IMG/VR virus record: IMGVR_UViG_3300048925_000129
DNA length: 64,000 bases
Source of the DNA: a virus
Strand: one strand, 5' to 3'
Shown here: positions 7,628 to 14,520 of the stretch, piece after piece
How the letters are laid out: every line of letters begins with the position of its first letter
Numbering within the stretch: position 1 is the stretch's first letter
The notes under the pieces: model-generated
Told to the model about the DNA's origin: nothing
What the model saw: only the letters and a program-made list of their open reading frames with translations
Database searches by the model: none
Made by a program: the position numbers and the translations under genes

Positions 7628-8020
7628 TTAGTAGTTCACTACTCTTACTGGTTTACCAAGATTTTTCATGAGGTCTATCATATTTTTTGTTCCTCTACTC
7701 TTGCCATCCCAAAAAGCTATAAGTACATCTCCTACTTCGGACATCTCTTCATTCCTAATTGGACCAGCAGCATTCCCATACATTTTCCAGTCGGCTGGCA
7801 TAGGAATAACATTGTGATTACTCTCAGCAGCATAAAGCTCTCCAAGTCCATCTGCTCCAAAGACATTAATACCATCTGATGTGGTAAAAGTCTTGGTTCC
7901 CGTGGAGCATCTTCCTGAAACTATTTCGATGTCTCTATGATTCCTAAGGAAATTATCACATTTTGTTTTAACGAGACGATAATCATTCAGATCTCTGCCT
8001 CCTGCTATTATGACTTTCAT
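7628..8020 (-). CDS. SLOG-family protein (DUF2493/YspA-like)
   Basis: KVIIAGGRD, IVSG, GADGLGE, AAGPIRNEEM, AFWDGKSRGTKNMI. Confidence 0.85.
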   Translation of the reverse strand: MKVIIAGGRDLNDYRLVKTKCDNFLRNHRDIEIVSGRCSTGTKTFTTSDGINVFGADGLGELYAAESNHNVIPMPADWKMYGNAAGPIRNEEMSEVGDVLIAFWDGKSRGTKNMIDLMKNLGKPVRVVNY

Positions 8021-8442
8021 TAGGCTTCAGCAATTGCTTGCTTGATCTCATCAGCTTTATTAATACCTTTACACTCCTTGTTGATCATACCAAATAGTTT
8101 ACCTTCGTGGATGCCTGGATTATCTTCTTTAGTTTGTTTAACCAAAGACACTAATTCAGAATAGGTTAAGGCCTGAGGTAAGTACGACTCAAGAACTTTT
8201 AATTCTGATTCTTCCTTAACAGCAAGATCTATTCTTTTAGAAAGAGTGTAGGCATCAATAGATTGATTCCTTTTCTTAATTTCCCTAGAGATAAGTTTCG
8301 TAACTTCATCTTCAGTTAAATCTCTTCTTAAAGCTATTTTCTCGTTGTCTACTACACTTATTAAAAGTGACAGGGTTGTTTTTGCTACTATATCTTTTGC
8401 CTTTAAAGCTTTTACGTAGTCTTGTCTGATCTTTGATTCCAT
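8020..8442 (-). CDS. YqeY/GatB-domain tRNA-binding protein
   Basis: KALKAKD...EIKKRNQSIDAY..SKRIDLAVKEESELKVLESYLPQ. Confidence 0.85.
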   Translation of the reverse strand: MESKIRQDYVKALKAKDIVAKTTLSLLISVVDNEKIALRRDLTEDEVTKLISREIKKRNQSIDAYTLSKRIDLAVKEESELKVLESYLPQALTYSELVSLVKQTKEDNPGIHEGKLFGMINKECKGINKADEIKQAIAEA

Positions 8443-8469
8443 TTTACTTTTGTTTTAATTATTGATTAG

Positions 8470-8540
8470 TGCAGGTAGGGAGAATCGAACTCCCGACTAA
8501 ACATTGGAAGTGTCCCGTGATACCACTTCACCACACCTGC
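8470..8540 (-). tRNA. tRNA-Gly(TCC); 5' half overlaps the HNH gene 3' end
   Basis: GCAGGTG/TACCTGC acceptor, loop CTTCCAA, GGGAG-TTCGATT-CTCCC T arm. Confidence 0.85.
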
Positions 8541-8958
8541 CTATTCTTTCCTGATAATGTAAGTCCCTATGACAGTTGGAACATAAAACCTCACATTTCT
8601 CTATTTCTTTTAATGCTCTAGATTTAGAACCACTCTTAAACAGAGCTCCAACTTCAGTATCCTTCTCGTCTGGATTAATATGGTGAAAATCTAAGACCCA
8701 CCATCTATCCTCTGGACATCTATTACATTTTAAATTTTTCTTTATTTCGAAAAATTCTTCCATAGAAGTTTGTCTATAAGCTTTAGATTTAGAAATATAT
8801 TTAGCTTTGTTAGCTTCATAATGTTTCTTTCTATATTCTTTCTGACATTCTCTACATTGCCACTGTAGAATTGTTTTTGTTTTCAATTTTTTAGTAGCAA
8901 AAAACTCTTCTGTCTCTGGTAATTCTTTTTTACAAGAACCACATATCTTCGTACACAT
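8497..8958 (-). CDS. HNH homing-type endonuclease with N-terminal Zn finger
   Basis: CGSC...CREC; CNRC...LDFHHINP.EK...EIEKCEVLCSNCHRDLH; start revised to MCTKIC, downstream of promoter 8974-9005. Confidence 0.85.
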   Translation of the reverse strand: MCTKICGSCKKELPETEEFFATKKLKTKTILQWQCRECQKEYRKKHYEANKAKYISKSKAYRQTSMEEFFEIKKNLKCNRCPEDRWWVLDFHHINPDEKDTEVGALFKSGSKSRALKEIEKCEVLCSNCHRDLHYQERIGRCGEVVSRDTSNV

Positions 8959-8973
8959 ATTTATTAATTTATA

Positions 8974-9005
8974 CAAAGATACAAAAAAGGTATCGAACTT
9001 CCAAA
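8974..9005 (-). promoter_or_regulatory. Promoter of the HNH cassette
   Basis: TTTG-N20-TATCTTTG. Confidence 0.7.
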
Positions 9006-9022
9006 CACATAAAATTAATTAT

Positions 9023-9065
9023 TAGGCTTGGAAGGCTAGAGTATTAACCACTATACGATACCTGC
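9023..9065 (-). pseudogene. Orphan 5' half of tRNA-Gly(TCC)
   Basis: GCAGGTA TCGTATAGTGGTTAATAC T CTAGC CTTCCAA GC, then AT-rich sequence with no T arm. Confidence 0.8.
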
Positions 9066-9160
9066 AATTATAATAGACCATCATACTCTCACTAATGTGA
9101 TTCGTGCACCTGATATACCTTGGGTATATAAGTAGATAGTTTTAGGGGCAACTATTATTG

Positions 9161-9234
9161 TCTCCAGTATAGGATTTGAACCTATGACAACTTCCTTATC
9201 AGAGAAGTGCTCTACCAGACTGAGCTAACTGGAG
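9161..9234 (-). tRNA. tRNA-Ile(GAT)
   Basis: CTCCAGT/ACTGGAG acceptor, loop CTGATAA. Confidence 0.9.
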
Positions 9235-9259
9235 TTAAACCAGGTTTCCCTGGTATGTT

Positions 9260-9496
9260 TTATTTTTTATAGTGAATGTAAGATTTCACTCCTTTCATGG
9301 CTGCATCTTCTACAAGCCTCAAAGCTAAAGTTTTCAAACTCAAAATTTCAGAAGCTTCGTCTGGATTTAAATCTGCTGTCACATTATCATTAATGTAGTC
9401 GAAAAGCTCAATAGCTCTTTGTTTAATTCCATCAATTACTCCTTCACCTGAAGGGTTGAAATCACCAATTCTTTTTTGTCCTAAAGTTTTTTCCAT
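9260..9496 (-). CDS. Acb2/Tad1-like helical-hairpin anti-defence sponge candidate
   Basis: TLGQKRI..FNPSG...IDGIKQRAIEL...LALRLVEDAAM.GVK pattern. Confidence 0.55.
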   Translation of the reverse strand: MEKTLGQKRIGDFNPSGEGVIDGIKQRAIELFDYINDNVTADLNPDEASEILSLKTLALRLVEDAAMKGVKSYIHYKK

Positions 9497-10257
9497 TATA
9501 TATCTTTTCTTGTTACAATAAAATCTTCTATTGAGTTATCCTCTTCTAAAATTAGCTTACCAAATCCTGGAGCTATAATAAAATGTGTCCTATCATTTTG
9601 GTCTTCAGCAGGAATAATATCTGAAAAACCTGATTTTTTTGAAATTTCCATTTGGTCTTTAGTAAGTAGATAGATAAGTTCCATTAACTTCAAGTGGTTA
9701 GTTTTAACTTCCATTACTCTTTCTGTCCAAGGAATATGTCTTCCAGTATAATACACAAAGTGAATATGATTCCTTAATGTACCTCTTATATCAGTTTCAT
9801 CTGGATAAGGTTCTGTATTAAATCCATGTGAATGCCACATGTATTCACCTTTATCATTGGTTTCTTTATACTCAACATATAATTTACCCGTTTCACCAGC
9901 ATAGTACCTTTTCAAAACTTCTTCATGTTGTTTAGAAACATCAAATTGTACAGTATCAAATAAGTTTCCAGTAGAAGAATATTCTCCTAATACAAAACCA
10001 ATTCTTATCCATTTATCTGTACTTTGGATATCTTCTTTTGCTAAATAGACATCAGGATCAGTTGTTACTAACACAACTGCTTTAGCATCTTCAGTGACTA
10101 TAAATTGAACACCGTACATGGCATCATCTGTATAAACAGTATTTGGATCACTGAATATTCCTTTGAATATCTCTATTGGAATTCTAGATCCATCAATACC
10201 TAAGTAAATACTTGGGTCTCTTCCTTCTTTTTCTTTGTAAAATCTTTCTCGTATCAT
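9496..10257 (-). CDS. Hypothetical protein
   Basis: 253-aa ORF coupled to both neighbours. Confidence 0.75.
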   Translation of the reverse strand: MIRERFYKEKEGRDPSIYLGIDGSRIPIEIFKGIFSDPNTVYTDDAMYGVQFIVTEDAKAVVLVTTDPDVYLAKEDIQSTDKWIRIGFVLGEYSSTGNLFDTVQFDVSKQHEEVLKRYYAGETGKLYVEYKETNDKGEYMWHSHGFNTEPYPDETDIRGTLRNHIHFVYYTGRHIPWTERVMEVKTNHLKLMELIYLLTKDQMEISKKSGFSDIIPAEDQNDRTHFIIAPGFGKLILEEDNSIEDFIVTRKDI

Positions 10258-10463
10258 TTGTTAAAAATTTCATCTGAAAATAAATCAAGAATCCTATCTG
10301 GTTCTCCCCAATCGTGACCTCCATATTTGTGCACTTTAAACTCTTCAAAAGAGGCTATATTATAACCCTCTTGACCATGAATTACTTTTAGGTAAATAAA
10401 TCTTAATCTATACCACCAGTAAACCCTGAATTTATCATACTCATCTAATTCCTGAAATTTCAT
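10254..10463 (-). CDS. Hypothetical protein
   Basis: 69-aa ORF immediately after promoter-like motif 10468-10499. Confidence 0.6.
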   Translation of the reverse strand: MKFQELDEYDKFRVYWWYRLRFIYLKVIHGQEGYNIASFEEFKVHKYGGHDWGEPDRILDLFSDEIFNK

Positions 10464-10521
10464 TTTACAAATTTAAGAAACTTTTTTGACATGTGCAAGT
10501 TTTTAACAAACTTTAACATTG

Positions 10522-10593
10522 TAGACCTACTAGGATTCGAACCTAGATACCCTGAGTCAAAGTCAGGTGTACTAACCGTTGTACGATAGGTCT
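10522..10593 (-). tRNA. tRNA-Gln(TTG)
   Basis: CCTGA-CTTTGAC-TCAGG arm. Confidence 0.9.
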
Positions 10594-10596
10594 GTT

Positions 10597-10670
10597 TGGA
10601 GCCCAGAACAGGATTCGAACCTGTGTACCTAGTTTTGCAGACTAGTGTCTAACCACTCGACCACCTGGGC
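10597..10670 (-). tRNA. tRNA-Cys(GCA)
   Basis: CTAGT-CTGCAAA-ACTAG arm, U73, encoded CCA. Confidence 0.9.
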
Positions 10671-10676
10671 AGCTTG

Positions 10677-10748
10677 AGCCTCTATCAGGAATCGAACCCG
10701 AATCTCAAGATTACAAATCATGTATAATAGCCGTTATACTACAGAGGC
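10677..10748 (-). tRNA. tRNA-Thr(TGT)
   Basis: GCCTCTG/TAGAGGC acceptor, loop TTTGTAA. Confidence 0.88.
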
Positions 10749-10752
10749 AAAT

Positions 10753-10793
10753 AAAAAATCCCTTGCAAAGTCGGTTGAGGATTCACAAGGGAT
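10753..10793 (-). terminator. Attenuator terminator B, directly upstream of tRNA-Thr
   Basis: ATCCCTTGTGAA/TTTGCAAGGGAT 12-bp stem plus T-tract. Confidence 0.85.
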
Positions 10794-10825
10794 AGAAATT
10801 TATAAAAAATAAATTTGTGTATTGT

Positions 10826-10915
10826 CTATTCATAAATGACATCAGACAAAATCATCCCTGTTGAGTGCCCCTGGCAGCCAATAGTTATCTCGATATGTTG
10901 TCTAGTTGTTGTCAT
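10826..10915 (-). CDS. Leader peptide B (29 aa): MTTTRQHIEITIGCQGHSTGMILSDVIYE*
   Basis: A-rich start context, lies between promoter and terminator; first 17 codons are only M,T,R,Q,H,I,E,G,C. Confidence 0.8.
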   Translation of the reverse strand: MTTTRQHIEITIGCQGHSTGMILSDVIYE

Positions 10916-10935
10916 TGTTTAAATTTTTACTTCTG

Positions 10936-10967
10936 CAAATATACAAAATGTTTTTGACATATGCAAA
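10936..10967 (-). promoter_or_regulatory. Promoter for leader B / tRNA block B
   Basis: TTTG-N20-TATATTTG. Confidence 0.8.
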
Positions 10968-10998
10968 TTTCTAAAAGAAATTATTAGTTAAAGTTTTG

Positions 10999-11220
10999 TT
11001 AAAAATAATAATACCAGTATTCATCGTGGAATAGCTGCATTTCTTGTTTTAAATTAATCTGCTTTTGGTGCTTATACATCCTATTGCCCTCACAAATGTT
11101 GCATCCACCATTATGTTCACAGAATTTAGATGGTCTTGTTCTGCTTCCATCTCTTACTGTTTTTAAGTGGTTAACACCCATCCATCTATGCTGAGATGGT
11201 TTTCTATAAGTTCTACTCAT
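10999..11220 (-). CDS. Small Cys/His-rich hypothetical protein
   Basis: MSRTYRK...CEHNGGCNICEGNR. Confidence 0.7.
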   Translation of the reverse strand: MSRTYRKPSQHRWMGVNHLKTVRDGSRTRPSKFCEHNGGCNICEGNRMYKHQKQINLKQEMQLFHDEYWYYYF

Positions 11221-11236
11221 AAAAATAATTTAAGTG

Positions 11237-11320
11237 AGGAAGACAGAGAGCACGATTCCCAGACCCTGAGGTCCCATTTGTTTAGCAAACAAAGTCTATA
11301 CCCCGATAGATTTAACTTCC
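11237..11320 (-). tRNA. tRNA-Ser(GCT), somewhat degenerate
   Basis: TTTGT-TTGCTAA-ACAAA arm, long variable arm, atypical T-loop. Confidence 0.7.
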
Positions 11321-11328
11321 ATAATATG

Positions 11329-11409
11329 AGGAGGAAGTGGGACTCGAACTCTCAGACCCAGAGGGTCACAGTTTTCAAGACTGCTGCAATACCATTCTGC
11401 CAATCCTCC
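11329..11409 (-). tRNA. tRNA-Ser(TGA), chimeric-looking T stem
   Basis: GCAGT-CTTGAAA-ACTGT arm, GACCC/GGGTC variable arm, mismatched T stem GAGAG/CCCAC. Confidence 0.8.
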
Positions 11410-11415
11410 GAATTG

Positions 11416-11772
11416 TTATTTTACAAAGATAGCCGTCTTACCAATAACTTCGTCTATATTTAGGTAGACAATTCTATCTTCTTTTTGTATATAGATGGCT
11501 AAAATGTCAAACTCATCAACTTCTATTTTATAGATAGTATTAGTATTTTTGTTTGATCTAATTCTTCTTAGCTCTATGTTATATTTGCCCAAACTATTTG
11601 GATCTTTGATAGTTGATTTAACAGATACTCTTTTAGACTCTCCATCTTTATAGATGAACAAATCAAAAGGTGCTTTACCACTCACTTGATTAAAAATGTG
11701 ATAACCTTTACTAGCTAAATCAGCCATTACTTTAATCTCACCTAATTGAGAATACATTGTTTTATTATCCAT
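11416..11772 (-). CDS. PD-(D/E)XK homing-type endonuclease (I-Ssp6803I / PDDEXK_5-like)
   Basis: GEIKVMADL..KGY.IF....GKAPFDLFIYKDG..KRVSVKST...FDILAIY. Confidence 0.75.
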   Translation of the reverse strand: MDNKTMYSQLGEIKVMADLASKGYHIFNQVSGKAPFDLFIYKDGESKRVSVKSTIKDPNSLGKYNIELRRIRSNKNTNTIYKIEVDEFDILAIYIQKEDRIVYLNIDEVIGKTAIFVK

Positions 11773-11799
11773 AGCTCTTCATCCAGCCAGATTCCCTCC
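11773..11799 (-). pseudogene. Probable orphan 5' fragment of a tRNA-Ser
   Basis: GGAGGGAATCTGGCTGGATGAAGAGCT directly abuts the endonuclease ATG; GGAGGGA pairs with the 3' acceptor strand TTCCTCC of the downstream tRNA-Ser. Confidence 0.55.
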
Positions 11800-11856
11800 A
11801 ATTAAAAGCCCCAGAAATTGTGCATGCAAGCAAAGGCATCTGGGGGATTGATATTT

Positions 11857-12369
11857 TTATTTTAGCAAGTACTGCTCCCAATCTTTAGGAATTGTACCTA
11901 GATGTTTTATAAACATCAAGTAATGTGGTCTTTTAGGATTTGGATGTTCCTTACCCCACTCTTCTATTGTTAAGTCATTTTTTTCCGAGTTACACGGTTT
12001 ACATGCAGTAACTAAGTTGTCCCAAGTGTCTTTTCCACCTTTCGATTTAGGAATAACGTGGTCGATAGTCATTGCTCTTATTTCGTCTTCTCCACAATAC
12101 ACACAAGTGTAGTTATCTCTTTTGAAAACATTGTCCCTGTTACAAGGAACTTTGTGGATATCCAGGTTAATGAACCTTGGAACCCTGATAACTGATGGTC
12201 TGAAGATCTCTAAATCTGGATTAACCAAACCAAACTTCTCTGGGTGTTCATGCAGGATGTCTGCATTACCCTTAAGAGAAACTACATAAGCTCTTTCAGA
12301 TGTCACAATTTGTCTGGGTAAGTACTGTGAATCTAACACCAAGCACTTACGAAAATCTACTTTTTTCAT
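11857..12369 (-). CDS. HNH endonuclease (McrA-like); start revised to MKKVDF
   Basis: CLVLDSQY, NVFKRDNYTCVYCG, TIDHVIPKSKGG..TWDNLVTACKPCNSEK; track extension overlaps tRNA-Leu. Confidence 0.85.
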   Translation of the reverse strand: MKKVDFRKCLVLDSQYLPRQIVTSERAYVVSLKGNADILHEHPEKFGLVNPDLEIFRPSVIRVPRFINLDIHKVPCNRDNVFKRDNYTCVYCGEDEIRAMTIDHVIPKSKGGKDTWDNLVTACKPCNSEKNDLTIEEWGKEHPNPKRPHYLMFIKHLGTIPKDWEQYLLK

Positions 12370-12389
12370 TGTTACACTTTTTTGATTAG

Positions 12390-12470
12390 TACTGATAGTA
12401 GGACTCGAACCTACACCCCTTTCGGGAACAGTTTCTAAGACTGCCGTGTCTACCATTCCACCATACCAGC
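12390..12470 (-). tRNA. tRNA-Leu(TAG)
   Basis: GCAGT-CTTAGAA-ACTGT arm, long variable arm. Confidence 0.9.
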
Positions 12471-12586
12471 ATTTCCCCTAATTGCTTTTTGATACCAACC
12501 ACTGTCAGGCTATGAACCTTCATAAGTCAAGGGGATCGAACCCTTAGTTCATCAATATCCTACTACTTCAATTTGGATAGGATTTG

Positions 12587-12666
12587 TACTCCCACTGGGA
12601 CTCGAACCCAGACCCCGAAGGATAAGATTTTAAGTCTTACGTGTCTACCAATTCCACCATGAGAGC
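12587..12666 (-). tRNA. tRNA-Leu(TAA)
   Basis: TAAGA-CTTAAAA-TCTTA arm. Confidence 0.9.
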
Positions 12667-12672
12667 ATTTTG

Positions 12673-12745
12673 TGGACCGACAGGGGATCGAACCCTGGTT
12701 TAAAGTTTGCAAAACTTTGGTTTTAGCCAATTAAACTACCAGCCC
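12673..12745 (-). tRNA. tRNA-Ala(TGC)
   Basis: Loop TTTGCAA, G3:U70 pair present. Confidence 0.9.
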
Positions 12746-12747
12746 AA

Positions 12748-13023
12748 TTATTTATTATCTTTGTTTCTTCCAATGTGATACCCATCACAGAAGACACATT
12801 TGTAAGTGCTAAAGTGCACTCCTTTCTTTTTCCCCATACTAATTGCTGACTTCAAAGCAGTCTCCTTGGTATTATACATAACCTTAGGCTTACCTGTATC
12901 TGCCCTCTGATGAGAATTTTTATGGAACATTCCCCAGGCATTTCTGGTAATAAAGAAATTTTTAATGAATCTCTTGAGTGGAAGCTGATCCTTCAATGCT
13001 ATTACTATGTTCTTTAGTTTCAT
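12748..13023 (-). CDS. Small Zn-ribbon protein
   Basis: YKCVFCDGYHIG. Confidence 0.7.
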   Translation of the reverse strand: MKLKNIVIALKDQLPLKRFIKNFFITRNAWGMFHKNSHQRADTGKPKVMYNTKETALKSAISMGKKKGVHFSTYKCVFCDGYHIGRNKDNK

Positions 13024-13231
13024 ACTCTCCTTTTATAATTCTTACTATGTCCTTTGGTGATACTACTGTGCATCGTTTCATTACATCTTGAATTCTACCT
13101 TTAGGTATATCGTAATGATTTTTATGAAACCAGCAAATGTTGATCCCAAGGTCTCTAGCCATTTTATGCAGATTCTGTTTAGAATATGGCAAGCAGACTA
13201 GATGTCTTTTGTTATCACAAATATATTTCAT
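12962..13231 (-). CDS. DUF4031-like protein
   Basis: HLV......LHKMARDLGI...WFH..HYDIP. Confidence 0.65.
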   Translation of the reverse strand: MKYICDNKRHLVCLPYSKQNLHKMARDLGINICWFHKNHYDIPKGRIQDVMKRCTVVSPKDIVRIIKGEYETKEHSNSIEGSASTQEIH

Positions 13232-13233
13232 TG

Positions 13234-13304
13234 TACCTCGTAAAGGAATCGAACCTTTTCCACTTGTATGTAAGACAAGGAAGCTACCGTTACATCAACG
13301 AGGC
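13234..13304 (-). tRNA. tRNA-Val(TAC)
   Basis: CTTGT-CTTACAT-ACAAG arm. Confidence 0.88.
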
Positions 13305-13365
13305 ATACAACTATGTGAGTCCTAACTAAACTTATCTCACTTTTACTGGAACCCGTAGGTAGTTT

Positions 13366-13563
13366 TTAAATGTTGTTATTCCAGGTTCTATATCCTGTGG
13401 AAGGGTCAGTATCGACTTTCTTTCCAACAAATGTTATCTCCCAGAATTCTTCACCCAACTCTAGTAGTTGAACAAAATTTCCTTTCTTGGCATGTTTAGA
13501 ATCAATCCAGCATTGTGTGAATTCTTCTTTGCCTTTTTTCTTAAATGTGCATTGTGCCCACAT
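13366..13563 (-). CDS. Hypothetical protein
   Basis: 65-aa ORF with A-rich start between tRNAs. Confidence 0.65.
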   Translation of the reverse strand: MWAQCTFKKKGKEEFTQCWIDSKHAKKGNFVQLLELGEEFWEITFVGKKVDTDPSTGYRTWNNNI

Positions 13564-13580
13564 AACTTTAATTTTTACTG

Positions 13581-13654
13581 TGCCCCCAGAAGGACTCGAA
13601 CCTTCAGTCTACATCTTAAAAGGATGTTGCTTTAACCAATTCAGCTATAGGAGC
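13581..13654 (-). tRNA. tRNA-Lys(TTT)
   Basis: ACATC-CTTTTAA-GATGT arm. Confidence 0.9.
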
Positions 13655-13766
13655 TTTTCTTTCGATTTAGAGCAGAAATCGAACCCGAAACATATACTGC
13701 CTAGATTTCTTAATCCCCGAAAACGACCTTGCCTCAAGGCTTACAGCTTTAACTGATGGATTTTTG

Positions 13767-13838
13767 TCGGGTAGACAGGACTCGAACCTGCATCCTCTTG
13801 CTTCCAATGCAAGTAATCGACCATTGATATACTACCCG
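13767..13838 (-). tRNA. tRNA-Pro(TGG)
   Basis: CGGGTAG/CTACCCG acceptor, loop ATTGGAA. Confidence 0.9.
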
Positions 13839-13845
13839 TAATATG

Positions 13846-13927
13846 TGAGGCATGTAGGATTCGAACCTACTCAGCAATTGCAACTGTTTTACAGACAGTC
13901 TCAGCTCTCCAACTCTGACGATACCCC
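13846..13927 (-). tRNA. tRNA-Tyr(GTA)
   Basis: ACTGT-CTGTAAA-ACAGT arm, long variable region. Confidence 0.9.
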
Positions 13928-13935
13928 GTTTAAAT

Positions 13936-14013
13936 TGGTGGGTCCACTGGGAATCGAACCCAGTCCTACAGTTTTTCAGACTATCGTGCAGACCTTAATT
14001 ACACCTTAGACCC
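13936..14013 (-). tRNA. tRNA-Phe(GAA)
   Basis: ATAGT-CTGAAAA-ACTGT arm, encoded CCA. Confidence 0.9.
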
Positions 14014-14065
14014 AATCGTACAGTTACGTTTCCAAATAGGAAAGAGGCTTGACTGTACATCATTG

Positions 14066-14138
14066 AGGGAGAAGTGGGATTCGAACCCACACAAATCGAC
14101 TTAACAGGTCGGTGCTCTACCATTACAGCTATTCTCCC
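14066..14138 (-). tRNA. tRNA-Asn(GTT)
   Basis: CCGAC-CTGTTAA-GTCGA arm. Confidence 0.9.
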
Positions 14139-14151
14139 GAATAAAAATTTG

Positions 14152-14223
14152 CACGTCCCACAGGATTCGAACCCGTACCAAAAGTTTTGGAGACTCCTAT
14201 GCTACCATTAACACCAGAGACGT
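14152..14223 (-). tRNA. tRNA-Trp(CCA)
   Basis: GGAGT-CTCCAAA-ACTTT arm, G73. Confidence 0.88.
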
Positions 14224-14230
14224 ATGTTTG

Positions 14231-14306
14231 CCGTGATAGAGGGATTCGAACCCTCGTTTTTGAAGAGTGACAGTCTAAATCCCCATCCAATGGAGCATAT
14301 ACCACG
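14231..14306 (-). tRNA. tRNA-Asp(GTC), irregular D arm
   Basis: Loop CTGTCAC, GAGGG-TTCGAAT-CCCTC T arm. Confidence 0.75.
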
Positions 14307-14314
14307 AGTTATAT

Positions 14315-14352
14315 AAAAATAAAAATCCCTACGAATTTTACTAAGTAGGGAT
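14315..14352 (-). terminator. Attenuator terminator A, directly upstream of tRNA-Asp
   Basis: ATCCCTAC/GTAGGGAT stem followed by TTTTATTTTT. Confidence 0.85.
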
Positions 14353-14385
14353 ATTAATCAAAAAAACTAAAACTATGAACCAAAA

Positions 14386-14502
14386 TCATGTTTGTGTGCT
14401 TTTACTTAATCCTACTATTGTAGAGCTATTATCCCATAACTTATCTGCCCCCAGTACACTAGGGTTAAAGGCAAACGAATAAAAGTTATAAGAGTTTTTC
14501 AT
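14386..14502 (-). CDS. Leader peptide A (38 aa): MKNSYNFYSFAFNPSVLGADKLWDNSSTIVGLSKSTQT*
   Basis: A-rich start, lies between promoter and terminator; codons 2-27 contain all 11 amino acids of the downstream tRNA block and only one other (Gly). Confidence 0.82.
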   Translation of the reverse strand: MKNSYNFYSFAFNPSVLGADKLWDNSSTIVGLSKSTQT

Positions 14503-14520
14503 TGTATATTTTTTACTTTG

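Noticed and set aside
8541-9022. Group I intron in tRNA-Gly
   Set aside because: No group I core is visible, the insert is almost all promoter plus ORF, and a complete second tRNA makes splicing unnecessary.
11167-13756. Plus-strand ORFs 11167-11463, 13137-13325, 13487-13756 and the N-terminal extension of the HNH to 12456
   Set aside because: They are antisense to, or overlap, tRNA genes; typical tRNA-shadow ORFs.
13655-13760. tRNA remnant (contains GGGTTCGATT on the minus strand)
   Set aside because: No T stem, acceptor or D arm could be paired; only a local hairpin.
2340-14320. tmRNA gene in the tRNA island
   Set aside because: No alanyl tRNA-like ends enclosing a tag reading frame were found.
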